A stretch of DNA of 64,000 nucleotides from Macrostomum lignano (GCA_002269645.1 NIVC01003097.1:55564-119563); one strand, 5' to 3'; shown: positions 28,220-41,589, counted from the first letter of the stretch. A program made the numbers and translations. Notes: generated from the letters alone by a model not told the origin.

Positions 28220-29330
28220 AGCTATTGTTGTTTTTTCTACTGCCGATGTTGCTGTTGCTACTGCTGTTGTTGTTTTTGCTACTACTGTTGTTGCTTTTGC
28301 TACTGCTGTTGTTGCTTTTGCTACTGCTGTTGTTGCTTTTGCTACTGCTGTTGTTGCTTTTGCTACTGCTGTTGTTGCTTTTGCTACTGCTGTTGTTGCT
28401 TTTGCTACTGCTGTTGTTGCTTTTGCTACTGCTGTTGTTGCTTTTGCTACTGCTGTTGTTGCTTTTGTTATTGCTGTTGTTGTTGTTTTAGGTGTTTCTT
28501 TTGCTACTGCTGTTGTTGTTTTTGCTACTGCTGTTGTTGCTTTTGCTACTGCTGTTGTTGCTTTTGCTACTGCTGTTGTTGCTTTTGCTACTGCTGTTGT
28601 TGCTTTTGCTACTGCTGTTGTTGCTTTTGCTACTGCTGTTGTTGCTTTTGCTACTGCTGTTGTTGCTTTTGCTACTGCTGTTGTTGCTTTTGCTACTGCT
28701 GTTGTTGCTTTTGTTATTGCTGTTGTTGTTGTTTTAGGTGTTTCTTTTGCTACTGCTGTTGTTGTTTTTGCTACTGCTGTTGTTGCTTTTGCTACTGCTG
28801 TTGTTGTTTTTGCTACTACTGTTGTTGCTTTTGCTACTGCTGTTGTTGCTTTTGCTACTGCTGTTGTTGCTTTTGCTACTGCTGTTGTTGCTTTTGCTAC
28901 TGCTGTTGTTGTTTTTGCTACTGCTGTTGTTGTTTTTGCTACTACTGTTGTTGCTTTTGCTACTGCTGTTGTTGCTTTTGCTACTGCTGTTGTTGCTTTT
29001 GCTACTGCTGTTGTTGCTTTTGCTACTGCTGTTGTTGTTTTTGCTACTGCTGTTGTTGTTTTTGCTACTACTGTTGTTGCTTTTGCTACTGCTGTTGTTG
29101 CTTTTGCTACTGCTGTTGTTGCTTTTGCTACTGCTGTTGTTGCTTTTGCTACTGCTGTTGTTGTTTTTGCTACTGCTGTTGTTGTTTTTGCTACTGCTGT
29201 TGTTGCTTTTGCTACTGCTGTTGTTGCTTTTGCTACTGCTGTTGTTGTTTTTGCTACTACTGTTGTTGTTGTTTTAGGTGTTTCTTTTGCTACTGCTGTT
29301 GTTGTTGTTTTTTGCTACTACTGTTGTTGC
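28220..29330. repeat. Trinucleotide-derived 21-bp repeat (TGCTACTGCTGTTGTTGCTTT)
   Basis: Tandem copies. Source of the Cys-rich and Leu-rich artefact ORFs. Confidence 0.95.
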
Positions 29331-29949
29331 TCTCGCTGCTGTTGTTTGCTTTTGCTGCTGTGATTCCCTCTTCGATCAAAAAGTACGTTAAAAGCCCACA
29401 TTTCATTTTGTGCTGAAGGACGCCAGAGATTCAGAGGTTTTCACTACGTCGTCAATTCCATCGCCAGATTCTGTTTCTAGACCTCCTTGATCCTGCATGC
29501 GAAGCTCAAAGACATTCTGCTTTTTTCGGCTTCGTCAAAATAAGACTTGACGTGCCACTTGGGACAAAAAAGACAGGAAAAACAGTGATGGAAGACAGAA
29601 TTATTCTTATCGGCTCTCATCGCCTCTCCCTTTATCTTAGCAACACGCCACTGTCTCATTTTCCTGCGCCAGTGTCTGGTTCGTGAGCATGAGATGAGTA
29701 AGGCCTTGGTGCAGAATTCGGTCTAAAAAATCGACTCTTATTATAGCTTATAGTGTTCGAGAGGCCTGTAATAACTCGGTATAATCTGTAACTGTGTAAC
29801 TTGATCGAGTGATGCCTATGGTAGCCTGAAACTTCAGCCTGTTTCAGTCTGTTTTCGTCTGTAGAACTTTTGCTTGAATGTCCTTTTTAGCCTTCCAGAG
29901 CTTGTTCTACTTGCAGTATTAGGCTGTGCTTGCCTGCTGTAAGGCTGCA

Positions 29950-30540
29950 ATAATCTGTATTGAGTCTGTATTAGCCTTTCTATAGCCAGTTTTTGCTTAC
30001 TGTAGACTGTATTAGTCTGTATTGAGTCTGTATTTAGTCTGTATTAGCCTCTCTATAGCCAGTTTTTGCTTACTGTAGCCTGTATTAGTCTGTATTGAGC
30101 CTGTATTAGCCTTTCTATAGCCAGTTTTTGCTTACTGTAGCCTGTATTAGTCTGTATTGAGCCTGTATTAGCCTTTCTATAGCCAGTTTTTGCTTACTGT
30201 AGCCTGTATTAGTCTGTATTGAGCCTGTATTAGCCTTTCTATAGCCAGTTTTTGCTTACTGTAGACTGTATTAGTCTGTATTGAGTCTGTATTTAGTCTG
30301 TATTAGCCTGTATTTAGTCTGTATTAGCCTGTATTAGTCTGTATTGAGCCTGTATTAGCCTTTCTATAGCCAGTTTTTGCTTACTGTAGCCTGTATTAGT
30401 CTGTATTGAGCCTGTATTAGCCTCTCTATAGCCAGTTTTTGCTTACTGTAGCCTGTATTAGTCTGTATTGAGCCTGTATTTAGTCTGTATTAGCCTGTAT
30501 TTAGTCTGTATTAGCCTGTGTTAGTCTGTATTAGTCTGCC
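29950..30540. repeat. CTGTATTAG-based repeat with longer-period units
   Basis: Recurring ctgtattagtctgtattgag and ctatagccagtttttgcttactgtag blocks. Confidence 0.9.
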
Positions 30541-31799
30541 GCAGTCTATAGTAGCCGCCATAGACTATATAAGTTTCCCATAATCAAATATTTCTGTAGC
30601 AGCCTTTCCTTATAATGATAGGGTCTTTCAATTCATTTTGCGGTCCATTCACTTCACAAACTCACACCCCATCAGTTAGCAGCAATATCATTTATGATGC
30701 ATCAATAAGATTCCAGCTGCTGAACTAATTGTCACATGATGAGCGGCTCCGGCCGGCATAAAAGCGCTGCATTGATCCAAGGCAGAAGAAATCGTTCACT
30801 TTTCCCATATGCGGAGCTGCTCAGTATGGGGGAGCGAGAGACGGGCTGCCTGTTCAATATTCGACACCGTCATGGACCTCTGGGCTTAGCTATCTGGCCG
30901 AAATCCAACTTTTCCTACCCTCAGGCACCGCGGAACAAGGGCAGAGGGGATTATCCTGGGGAGGTCAAAGGAGGTCTGCTGCCCCCCCCCTTGGTGAGAA
31001 AAGGAGTAGCGATGGTTCATGGAAAAACCTCGCTTGCGGCGCTAAATTATCGTCAAGGACTTTTTCCGCCCCCGACAATAATAGTATATTATTTTTTTTA
31101 CGATTTTGTAAGTTTTGTTTAAAATTTTATTGAACAAATTTATGGAATGTAAGCTAAACTAATAATAATCGATGTACAAGGGGCATGACAGTCCAGTTTC
31201 CAATTCAGATGCTACTATCTAGAGCTCCGTGGCTCCGACTAGGACCATCTCCAATCTAGTGTCAATGTCGGGGAGGCGCTTCGGAAACGGGGGGGGGGAG
31301 AAATCCGTTCTGTTCTGTTCGCCTTATTCTCGAGTGGCCAAATTATGGTCCTAATCCGTTTCCAAGTCGGGCCAAGTGATGGAGAAGAGAGCCTGGGGAG
31401 ACTTGCGGGGCTGGGATGGAGTGTCGGATGGAGCTGGAACAGTTTCGAATCGCTCCACAGACCGTTAGCGACGGCGCAAAAAATAAGGCGGCGGGATTAG
31501 CAAGTCGCCGGGGAACAAAGAAGAGAATGGTCAATGAAACTGACGGGTGAGTCTGGGTCGCTTGAGTCCCAATGGAATGGGAGAGACTGACGGGCAGTTC
31601 AAACGGTTGTGAAGCTGAAAATGAGGCTGATATTTTTGACAAATATCCAGCTATATGCCGCCTGTTAGGGGATTATGGAATTGCTTGGACGAAGGAAATT
31701 CAATTTCGCTTGGATAAGGCCGAGCTGAACGCTTGGCTGATCGCGAGCAAATGATCCGATTTGAGTCCAAAATCCTAAATCTGTATGTAGACTAGCATG

Positions 31800-32855
31800 T
31801 AGCTCGAAGCTTCACAACCTCGAAGCTTCACATGCAGACTCGAAACTTCACAGGCTCAAAACTTCACGAGCTCGAAACTTCACAAGCTCGAAAATTCACA
31901 GGCAGGATGTAGGAGCCGGTGGTAGGATGTAGGGTCTGTGAATTTTCGAGCCGGTGGTAGGATGTAGGGTCTGTGAATTTTCGAGCTGGTGGTAGGATGT
32001 AGGGTCTGTGAATTTTCGAGCCGGTGGTAGGATGTAGGGTCTGTGAATTTTCGAGCCGGTGGTAGGATGTAGGGTCTGTGAATTTTCGAGCTAGTGAAGT
32101 TTTGGGTCTGTGAAGTTTCGAGCTTGTGAAGTTTTGAGTCTGTGAAGTTTCGAGCTTGTGAAGTTTTGAGTCTGTGAAGTTTCGAGCTTGTGAAGTTTTG
32201 AGTTTGTGAAGTTTTGAGCTTGTGAAGTTTTGAGTCTGTGAAGTTTCGAGCTTGTGAAGTTTTGGGTCTGTGAAGTTTCGAGCTTGTGAAGTTTTGAGTC
32301 TGTGAAGTTTCGAGCTTGTGAAGTTTTGAGTCTGTGAAGTTTTGAGCTTGTGAAGTTTTGAGTCTGTGAAGTTTCGAGCTTGTGAAGTTTTAAGTCTGTG
32401 AAGTTTCGAGCTTGTGAAGTTTTGAGTCTGTGAAGTTTCGAGCTTGTGAAGTTTTGAGTCTGTGAAGTTTCGAGCTTGTGAAGTTTTGAGTTTGTGAAGT
32501 TTCGAGCTTGTGAAGTTTTGAGTCTGTGAAGTTTCGAGCTTGTGAAGTTTTAAGTCTGTGAAGTTTCGAGCTTGTGAAGTTTTGAGTCTGTGAAGTTTCG
32601 AGCTTGTGAAGTTTTGAGTCTGTGAAGTTTCGAGCTTGTGAAGTTTTGAGTTTGTGAAGTTTCGAGCTTGTGAAGTTTTGAGTCTGTGAAGTTTCGAGCT
32701 TGTGAAGTTTTGAGTCTGTGAAGTTTCGAGCTTGTGAAGTTTTGAGTCTGTGAAGTTTCGAGCTTGTGAAGTTTTGAGTTTGTGAAGTTTTGAGCTTGTG
32801 AAGTTTTGAGTCTGTGAAGTTTCGAGCTTGTGAAGTTTTGAGTCTGTGAAGTTTC
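31800..32855. repeat. 16/32-bp GTGAAGTTT repeat with an internal orientation switch
   Basis: Reverse-orientation monomers at 31800-31901, a block of about five longer units, then forward monomers. Confidence 0.93.
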
Positions 32856-33279
32856 TTCACACGTCTCACAGAAACTGGTATGACTGCATATTCGTTTCAG
32901 AATGAAAGATAAGGAATATTTGTTTCTATACCAGAAAGGTATGCTTCTATTAGTGTACACACTACACAGCAGTCAGGTGATAAGGGGCCGGGTTTGTCAT
33001 GTGATGCTATTCACGTGGATTTTGATGCATATCCAGCGGACGTTTAAACCGTCAGCTGAAATGCTTTAATTCATTTTCTTGGAAGTGTGCGCAGTATGTG
33101 TTTGTACACTTGCCTATTGTCTCAGCGTTTGTGCATGACAGCCTAATTATAGTATGCACTGAGCCTATATTACTGGTAGAAGCTGAGTCACATGGCTCCA
33201 GGTTGATGCCTCAAGCCAACGTCAGTCTCAGTAGCATAGAAAATTTCTTGTAATAATCTACATCTTATACGCTCATACC

Positions 33280-33325
33280 ATGGCCAGAGACATTATTTTT
33301 ATACTATCTGTTCTCTTGTCATTTG
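33280..33325 (+). CDS. Orphan type I membrane protein exon 1 (signal peptide)
   Basis: ATG GCC start, MARDIIFILSVLLSF followed by G|GTGAG (phase 1). Matches the acceptor at 33547. Confidence 0.75.
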
Positions 33326-33547
33326 GTGAGTATTAAAGTACGTATTTATATACTTAATTGAAACTTCGAATAGAACACCAATATTCACAAATTCTAGATT
33401 CCTTGGGATAAGCGTTCTTGTCAAGTTTTCAGTCAGTTTTACTCGTATTGTGTGCTAATAGTGTCTATTAAACTACTAAAGCTCAAATTAAAATTTTGCA
33501 AAACTTAGTGCTTCTAAACCTCAACGATTTTTCAACGATATCGCCAG

Positions 33548-34242
33548 GTGTCGCAGTGCCTCTGCGCCTGTCAACTGCGAAACCACCTGCTTGCTCTGGC
33601 TTGTCAGGCCTGTCAGACTACATCGGGACCAGCTGCGACCCGAACGCGTGCCCCACTGCCGCTCCGGGACAGCCGCATCAGTACCCGGGGCCGTTCTGCA
33701 TCTGCAAGCTTTGCCCAAATACGAGCCGTAACAACACCGAGAAATTCTATATTGAGCTGTACAACTGCCTCAAGCAGCTGAAGTACTGCCCGGAGCCCAT
33801 CAAGGCGCGCGTTGTCGCCGGCGATGTCAAGCCATCATCATTAACCAAAACTTCAACAGCGTCAACACCAGCGCCGATACCAAAACCAACGCCGACAAAA
33901 ATACCAATAACTTCGACAGCTGGCAAAACAGTCAAGCCGACTAAAACGTTCGAAGCTGAAGCATCGTCATCACCAGAAAAGTGGATCGGCCTGGCCATCG
34001 GCCTGAGCGTAGGGGTCATCGGATTCTCCTGTCTGGCCATCTGGTGGCTCTGCGTTGAGAGGCACAAAACGACGCCAAAGTTTGGAGGAGATGAAGATCC
34101 GCGCAAGCAGATGCTGGACAACGCGGCCGAGCAGGGGACGGCGGTAGAGCAGGAGTCAGACGAGCAACCGCAGGCGCAGTCTTCAGCTGTTGGGGTGCGG
34201 GTCACCAACAGTGCACAGAATGCAGCCGACATACTCGGCTGA
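33548..34242 (+). CDS. Orphan type I membrane protein exon 2 (8-Cys domain, S/T/P stalk, TM helix, acidic tail)
   Basis: Acceptor cgccag|GT. Long non-repetitive ORF with coding-like codon use and a single hydrophobic helix WIGLAIGLSVGVIGFSCLAIWWLCV. Confidence 0.82.
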
Positions 34243-36384
34243 GACTGGCTTATACGAGTATACTGGTAGCTCAAAACCCAAAAAATACCATACCGCGACT
34301 AAAAATCATACGTTGCAATTTTCTGTGAAATTACGAGTCATAAATTATTTGCCACATTGTAAATATACCATTGGGTGGCGTATCAAACATAACTCAAAGT
34401 CCAATACTCGTCTTTGGCTTTCAATTTCTTAGTATTCTAGCTATTTGTAATGCCTCACTAGCACAAAAAAATTCGGTTCCATGTTAAGATCCATGTTCCA
34501 ATAATAGAGGGAAATCCACGGAAATTCCGCAGGATTTCCATTTCTACTCGGCGGCAAAGCCGCGGCTAGCCTAAAAAACTCTTCATTTCAAATATTGTAA
34601 AAGATAGTAGAAACAAATACGCTCGTAGAATGTACACAAAAGCGATGTACATACGCGATTTTCAGGTTGCACACAATTGAACAATTCAATTTTGATGGCA
34701 ACGCGATAATCAAAACGACGTAAAAGCCAGTGCTAAGGGTGTATTGTTAACGAACCAATAGGCAGACAGAACAGCTAACAAGGAAACTATCAAGCAGCAT
34801 ATACATGCATGTTATGTATAGTTCAGTAATAAAAACAGATTCTGAAATTAGATTAAAAAACCAAAACGCTTTTAATACGACACAAAAACTATTTTTTGAC
34901 TGCAAAACATATCGATACAGATATGAAAACACAACATAGAATATCCTATTTATAGTAAACCTTATTACTAACAACAAATAACAGGCAAGCAGTTGTATTT
35001 TCGAGTTTTTAGAAGACAAAAAGACAAAATTTATACAGCGCAATTTTTATTTTCCTATACTGTGATAAGTATAATAGGAAAGAAGTGACTCCAGACGACA
35101 AGATGTCACGGTCGGTACAAGTGGCCTAAGAGCCAATTTGAGGCGTTTTATTGTCTGCGGCTCTGAATCAACTCTGGGGCCGTAGAGGCGTATCTGAGGC
35201 GTGCCAGAGCCGCTGTAGAATCACTGATTTTTGCATTTATGACAACTCTATTTAGTCTACTTGAGTTAGTAGAAAGTTCAGCGCTAATACGAGCGTACAT
35301 TGACTCTTGGAAGATTTTTTGCGACTCTTACGATTCTGCAACAACTCCCGCGATGCGCTCGTGACTGAACAGTCGTCTTTCAGTCGCATTACGGTCGTGT
35401 GAGTCGTTAAAAAGTCACAAGAGTCGCCCCAGAGGCTCAATGAGTCGCAATGACTCTTTAGTAGCGATTTTTGTTTCAGTAACGTTTTCAAAGGGCTAAG
35501 TTTGGACCATAAAAATATGTTCAAATTCGAGCCAATCAGAGCCAAGCGAAGGCGCGAAGGGCGGAGGAGTGAGGTGGGTGCCTGGAGGGACAGCCAGCCA
35601 ATAAGCGATCGACTTCTTACAAAGATCGATTGCCATGCATTGTAAAAATGTCAGTAAATAAAATAACAAATTAATTATAGCATATTAGGACTAATTACGG
35701 AAGCAATAAACGTGCATTTCAGACCAGACGGCTTATTGAGATACTTGCAAAGTTCAAGAAATTCATTAAGAAAATGCGCTATACACAGAGTAAGCATTGC
35801 CCCAAAAGCGAAAAGCACAGACTAGATATTTAATATATTATTATTAGCAGCAATAGTAAGAGAAAAAATCATGTAAGCATTGATTGCTTAGCCTTGACTC
35901 GGCATCGGGAGCGGGCATGTAGACCTACTAATGTAACGTAAAAATTGAAAAAAAATTGCTAACTATGCAATAAATTCGGCATAAAAGCAATATTTACTAC
36001 TTGCACAAGTATAAAAAACGAACACAATGTATAATTAAGCACAATGAAAACTTCCAAAAACAAAATACGGACGATTAAATTAAAAAATAAACGAAAAAAG
36101 CTCAGCTGCAGCAGTAGAAACAATACCAAAAAGGGGAACACCTGCTACTAGGGGAATATTAGACTTTTGCATCACAAAACTAGACATATCTACGCACTAT
36201 TTCAGAATAAATAGATAGAGTAGCAAAGGATACAATGCAAAAATTTGTTTTTGTTAATTCTGATAAAATGTTTGAAGGAATCACAAAATTCGTCCTAAGT
36301 TGTGTTTAAACAGCACGAGACACCGAGATCTGTAATTTGTTTAATAGTTTTAACAGTGCCGCCTCTAAAAAGTGATGTGTTGAA

Positions 36385-37140
36385 AACAAATAGTGAGGAG
36401 GGGCTGGCGGAGGCGAATGTACGCACCCAGCTATTATTGGAGAGTGGGGAGGGGCCGGCGGAGGCGAATGTACACACCCAGCTATTATTAGAGTGAGTGG
36501 GAAGGGGTTGGCGGAGGCGAATGTACACACCCAGCTATTATTGGAGTGAGTGGGGAGGGGCTGGCGGAGGCGAATGTACACAGCCGGCTATTATTAGAGT
36601 GAGTGGGGAGGGGCTGGCGGAGGCGAATGTACACACCCAGCTATTATTAGAGTGAGTGGGAAGGGGCTGGCGGAGGCGAATGTACACACCCAGCTATTAT
36701 TGGAGTGAGTGGGGAGGGGCTGGCGGAGGCGAATGCACGCACACAGCCGGCTATTATGGGAGTGAGAGGGGCTGGCGGAGGCGAATGTACACACCCAGCT
36801 ATTATTGGAGTGAGTGGGGAGGGGCTGGCGGAGGCGAATGCACGCACACAGCCGGCTATTATGGGAGTGAGAGGGGCTGGCGGAGGCGAATGTACACAGC
36901 CGGCTAATATGGGAGTGAGAGGGGCTAGCGGAGGCGAACGCACGCACACAGCCGGCTATTAAGGGAGTGAGAGGGGCTGGCGGAGGCGAATGTACACAGC
37001 CGGCTATTATGGGAGTGAGAGGGGGCTGGCGGAGGCGAATGCAACGCACACAGATGGCTATTATGGGAGTGAGAGGGGGCTGGCGGAGGCGAATGTACAC
37101 AACCCAGCTATTATGGGAGTGAGTGAGGCTTGGCGGAGGC
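36385..37140. repeat. About 53-bp G-rich minisatellite
   Basis: Unit core GGGGCTGGCGGAGGCGAATGTACAC, just downstream of the formin stop. Confidence 0.93.
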
Positions 37141-37198
37141 AAAACCAACTATGCGAAGCCCAATCCAGAAAGCGCCGAATTCCTACAAGCGCTGTTCC

Positions 37199-37450
37199 TT
37201 AGCTAGCCGTCGATCCAGCGGTGATGGCAGCAATAGCGGCCGCTCCCGCGGCGGCGCCGGCACCGGCGCTACTCCTGATCTGCGGCAGTCGATCGCGCGC
37301 AGTCTTGCGCTTCCGTCGAAGACCGTCGTCCACAAGTAAGGCGCCGCGGCTAAAATCAGACATTATATCGTCCAGCGCACCGTCCTCAATTGTCCGGGTG
37401 TGCTTGCGCGGGGTGCGGCGCTGCTGGCCCAGATCTTCAGAGTCTTTGCG
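37199..37450 (-). CDS. FMNL: FMNL-type formin last exon (DAD)
   Basis: Frame not in the ORF track. Acceptor tttcatacag. Contains EDGALDDIMSDF (FMNL DAD-like) and a basic RRKRK stretch. Stop TAA at 37201-37199. Confidence 0.85.
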   Translation of the reverse strand, partial: RKDSEDLGQQRRTPRKHTRTIEDGALDDIMSDFSRGALLVDDGLRRKRKTARDRLPQIRSSAGAGAAAGAAAIAAITAGSTAS

Positions 37451-38099
37451 CTGTATGAAATAGAGTAAAAGTGTGTCTACAAACTGCGCGCACTACTGAT
37501 TACAATGGTACATAAGTAGCAAAATCAGCTTGTATATTTCTAATCTTGAGAGGAGAGCGTACACTAATTAACTAGAAATCTTCCTCTTAATGAAGTTCCC
37601 TCCACAACACGTTCGTACCTCTCTACGCTCGTACGAGTAAAAACTAGGCATTAAACTAGCTTGTTAATCCGACTTCTCACATCCTTTATAGCAACCTCAA
37701 AAGAAAAACGAACTTGTTCGTATTTGTGAACAAAGTGGGAAAGGCGGCATGTTAGACTACAGATTCACATACTGAGAAATAGGATCAAAAATCGAGCAGC
37801 AGAAGCGGGGCAGACTCCCAAGCAGCCCCAGCAGGGGGGGGGAGGAGACTACTGCACCAGTGGATAGAAACGACCTCAACCTGACCTCAGCCGGACCTTA
37901 TTAAAGCGGGTCATAAAGTGCCGCCTGGATACCATGGGATTTACCATGCGCTACTCAAAGTCCATTGCCAGTGCAGTGCTGCATAGCATATTTAACAGTA
38001 TAGAACACCAGGCTTATATGCATTGAAACCATCCATGAATATACGCTCGTAATACATGGCCCTATTCATATATATAGGAGTCTGATCCCATTACAAATC

Positions 38100-38860
38100 T
38101 ACAGGATTCTGATCCCATGTACATGTACAGGATTCTGATCCCATGTATATGTACAGGATTCTGATCCCTTGTTCATGTACAGGATTCTGATCGCATGTAC
38201 ATGTACAGGATTCTGATCGCATGTACATGTACAGGATTCTGATCCCATGTCATATACGGGATTCTGATCCCATGTACATGTACATGATTCTGATCCAATC
38301 CACATCTACAGGATTCTGATCCCATACACACCTACAGGATTCTGATCCCATGTACATGTACAGGATTCTGATCCCATGTATATGTACAGGATTCTGATCC
38401 CTTGTTCATGTACAGGATTCTGATCGCATGTACATGTACAGGATTCTGATCGCATGTACATGTACAGGATTCTGATCCCATGTCATATACGGGATTCTGA
38501 TCCCATGTACATGTACATGATTCTGATCCAATCCACATCTACAGGATTCTGATCCCATACACACCTACAGGATTTGATCCCATGTACATGTACAGGATTA
38601 TGATCCCATGTCATATACGGGATTCTGATCCCATGTACATGTACATGATTCTGATCCCATCCACATCTACAGGATTCTGATCCCATACACACCTACAGGA
38701 TTTTGATCCCATGTACATGTACAGGATTATGATCCCATGTCATATACGGGATTCTGATCCCATGTACATGTACATGATTCTGATCCCATCCACATCTACA
38801 GGATTCTGATCCCATACACACCTACAGGATTTTGATCCCATGTACATGTACAGGATTCTA
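38100..38860. repeat. 26-bp minisatellite with a 233-bp higher-order duplication
   Basis: Core GGATTCTGATCCCATGTACATGTACA. Identical ORFs at 38099-38305 and 38332-38538. Confidence 0.93.
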
Positions 38861-39488
38861 ATTCAATGGGATTTTAAATGATTTGTTTGCAATCTTGGAT
38901 TCTTCCTAATTCTAAAAAAAGTCGTTTAAAAAATAAAAAAGAACTTTAATTTCGCACCCATCCCACTCCCAGTCTCGGTTCCCACGCTAGGAGACAACAA
39001 GATGATAGAAAAAGTCCCAACCATGATTTGCTAAGGCCATTAGCAAAACCTGAGCCAGCCAAATGAAAGTGGCAAGGGGGATAGTTGAAATGCGCAGTTA
39101 GTTAAGAATCGCCCCGAAGTGAACTGTGGCTCCATCAGTCAAAAGCCAGGACTTATCGCCAAACGCACACACACCGTTGCAAAGATTGACGATATACTAC
39201 TATACTACGCGACCGAGAGAAAGTTTCTCTGTTCAATTCCGAATTAATGAGTCATCGGCGTGAAAAAAGGCATCTCTCGGAACCCCCCAGTCTTCGGATT
39301 CCTTTTTAAAGCTGTTTTCCGCCCGACCAATTATAGAGACAGACAGCGGTGCAAGCACTGTTGTGAAGCAAATACACAGACGGCTGTTAGTTATATATTG
39401 GGGTTTACAGGCAAAGCAGCGGTTGGACGCCTATGGAACTTCCTGGCCACAGTCCATCCACAACTATCCTGATGCCAACCCCGCTGAC

Positions 39489-39638
39489 CTCAGCAGACCC
39501 CGCAAAGTGAGAGCGTCGCCACCCTCCCCTAGTTGAAGCTGCCTCTGGCGCAGTGTGGGACAGGGGCCTCGGTCCCGACGCTCTCGTTCGTCTGCTGTCT
39601 TGTCGGTGTCCACGTCTCGGCGTTGGTTGAGACGGAGA
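39489..39638 (-). CDS. FMNL: Possible formin linker exon between FH2 and DAD
   Basis: 150 nt, phase 0-0, open (SPSQPTPRRG...FAGSAE). Acceptor ctcaaag, weak donor GTCAG. Confidence 0.5.
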
Positions 39639-39644
39639 CTTTGA

Positions 39645-39950
39645 GACAAATTTGAGATGAGACGAGATTAAATGAGACGAGAGACGTTAAGACAAGACGA
39701 GACAATATGAGACGAGATGAGACGAGATGAGATGATATGAAATGAGACGAGACGAGATGAGATGAGATTAAATGAGACTAGTCGAGACGAGATGAGATGA
39801 GAGAAGATGAGATGAAATGAGACTAGTCGAGACGAGATGAGATGAGAGAAGATGAGATGAAATGAGAGTAGTCGAGACGAGATGAGATGAGACAAGATGA
39901 GATTAAATGAGAGTAGCCGAGACGAGATGAGAGGAGAGACGAGGCTACAG
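39645..39950. repeat. (GAGAT/GAGAC)n pentamer repeat
   Basis: Degenerate pentamer tract. Confidence 0.9.
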
Positions 39951-41002
39951 AGTACGCATTTATGGGTCTGTCATTTCCCATCCTCATGCGCCCTTCTGAG
40001 TGCATATGCGACCTTCGTGAGCTGCTGAATCGAATCAGAGGGGCACTCTGGCGCTTCAAGGGTAATGGTAGTTTTGAAAAACACAGACTATCGATTATCC
40101 GCGGCTGTTGCTGGCACAGTAGAGGTTACGCAATAGATTGCGTGAATATATGCGATGAAACTTGGGTTTGTGCACGCATAAACACCATAACTCACTCAGC
40201 TTTAGCACAGTATAAGGAAATTGCCAATCAAGCCGGCAGGAGAGGGACCCGCTAGTTGTTAAGCCAATTTCGCACCAATATAAAATTCAATTTACGATCA
40301 CCACCAAATGGAGTCACGGCTCCTCTTGTCTACTATCTACTGTAGCACACTAAAGCGCGTGAATTCAATCTTTAAATCTTATAAAAATAAGCCATCTCAG
40401 ATACACTTTTGCCTACTAAAAAGCGGTCGCCGCAGTCGCAATCCAAAATACCAACCAAGAAATGGTTCTAAGCCTCGATTCTAAATTTCATATTTTCGAC
40501 TACAAAATCCCTATATATTCGAAATAAAAATCCTTGATACATTTACTGCCAATTCCGAATCCGTAAGCAATTAAATGCAAATCCTCAAGTATTGAAATTC
40601 CCAAATTCCCAATATTTTTATTTCTAAAACCTTAATACTCGAATCCGAATTCCACACCACATTCAATATATTTGAATTCCAAATCGACAATATTCGAACT
40701 TTAAATAATCCTAAATAGGCCAATTCCAAATAATCGAATTTCGAATCCCCAATATTCGAATCGCGAATCCCTAATATCCGAATTCAAAAGCCCAAAAATT
40801 CGAATCCCAAATCTCAATTATTCGAATCTTAAAATCCTAATATTCGAATCCTAAATTCCTAATATTAGAATTCCATAACCCAAACATTCCAACTCAAAAC
40901 CACAGAAGCCGGATTTGCCAATTAAAATTGAAAGGAAATATAATAATAATCCTTAAGCCCCCCTGCCCTAGTTGTTTATAAAAGTACATTACTCCAGCTC
41001 AC

Positions 41003-41551
41003 CTTGCCAGAAGCTCGTTCCAGTTCGGCAGCGGCGGCCCGCCTCTGCTCATTCTCAGACCGAGCCTTGGTCACATCGCAGTGGAAGCGGTGCAGGATGC
41101 TGAAAAACGCATCGCTGGCCACCTGTTGCATGCCCTCGCCGAATCGAGTTTTAACCAGGCTGTAACACTCTTCAGCAGTTTTCAAATCAGTTTTCAGCCG
41201 TTCAACCCGATCGGAATTGGCCTGCAGGAAATCGCGCAGCCGGTTCGAGTTGGTCTCCTTGGCTAAGCTGCGAAGCTGCTCAAGGCCGGAGATCAGCTGG
41301 GAGGCGTCGGCCCGGACATTGTCCAGATTAATCGAGGCGGCTTTCTCGCAGTGACGAAGGTCGGACTCGAAATTCGCGAGATCGGGAAAATGCTGGTCGA
41401 TCAGTTCGACTAGGAAATGTAGAAGAGTCCACTTCCGGTCACCGGATTTGGTATCCTGCAGAGTGGCCAGGCTGCACAGACGGAAGCCGTAGGTAAGGCC
41501 GCGTTTATGGCTGTTCAAGTAGTTGCCAAGGCCTAGGATTAGCTCAAGGAC
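41003..41551 (-). CDS. FMNL: FMNL-type formin exon (C-terminal FH2)
   Basis: VLELILGLGNYLNS, YGFRL, DTKSGDRKWTLLHFL and FFSILHRF. Acceptor ccccgcag, donor AAG|GTGAG. Confidence 0.93.
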
Positions 41552-41589
41552 CTGCGGGGTAGGAAATGAAAACAGAAATTTGAATTGTA

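Noticed and set aside
28160-29416. 418-aa Cys-rich ORF resembling a keratin-associated or metallothionein protein
   Set aside because: It derives from a trinucleotide-based 21-bp repeat and gives poly-Leu in another frame.
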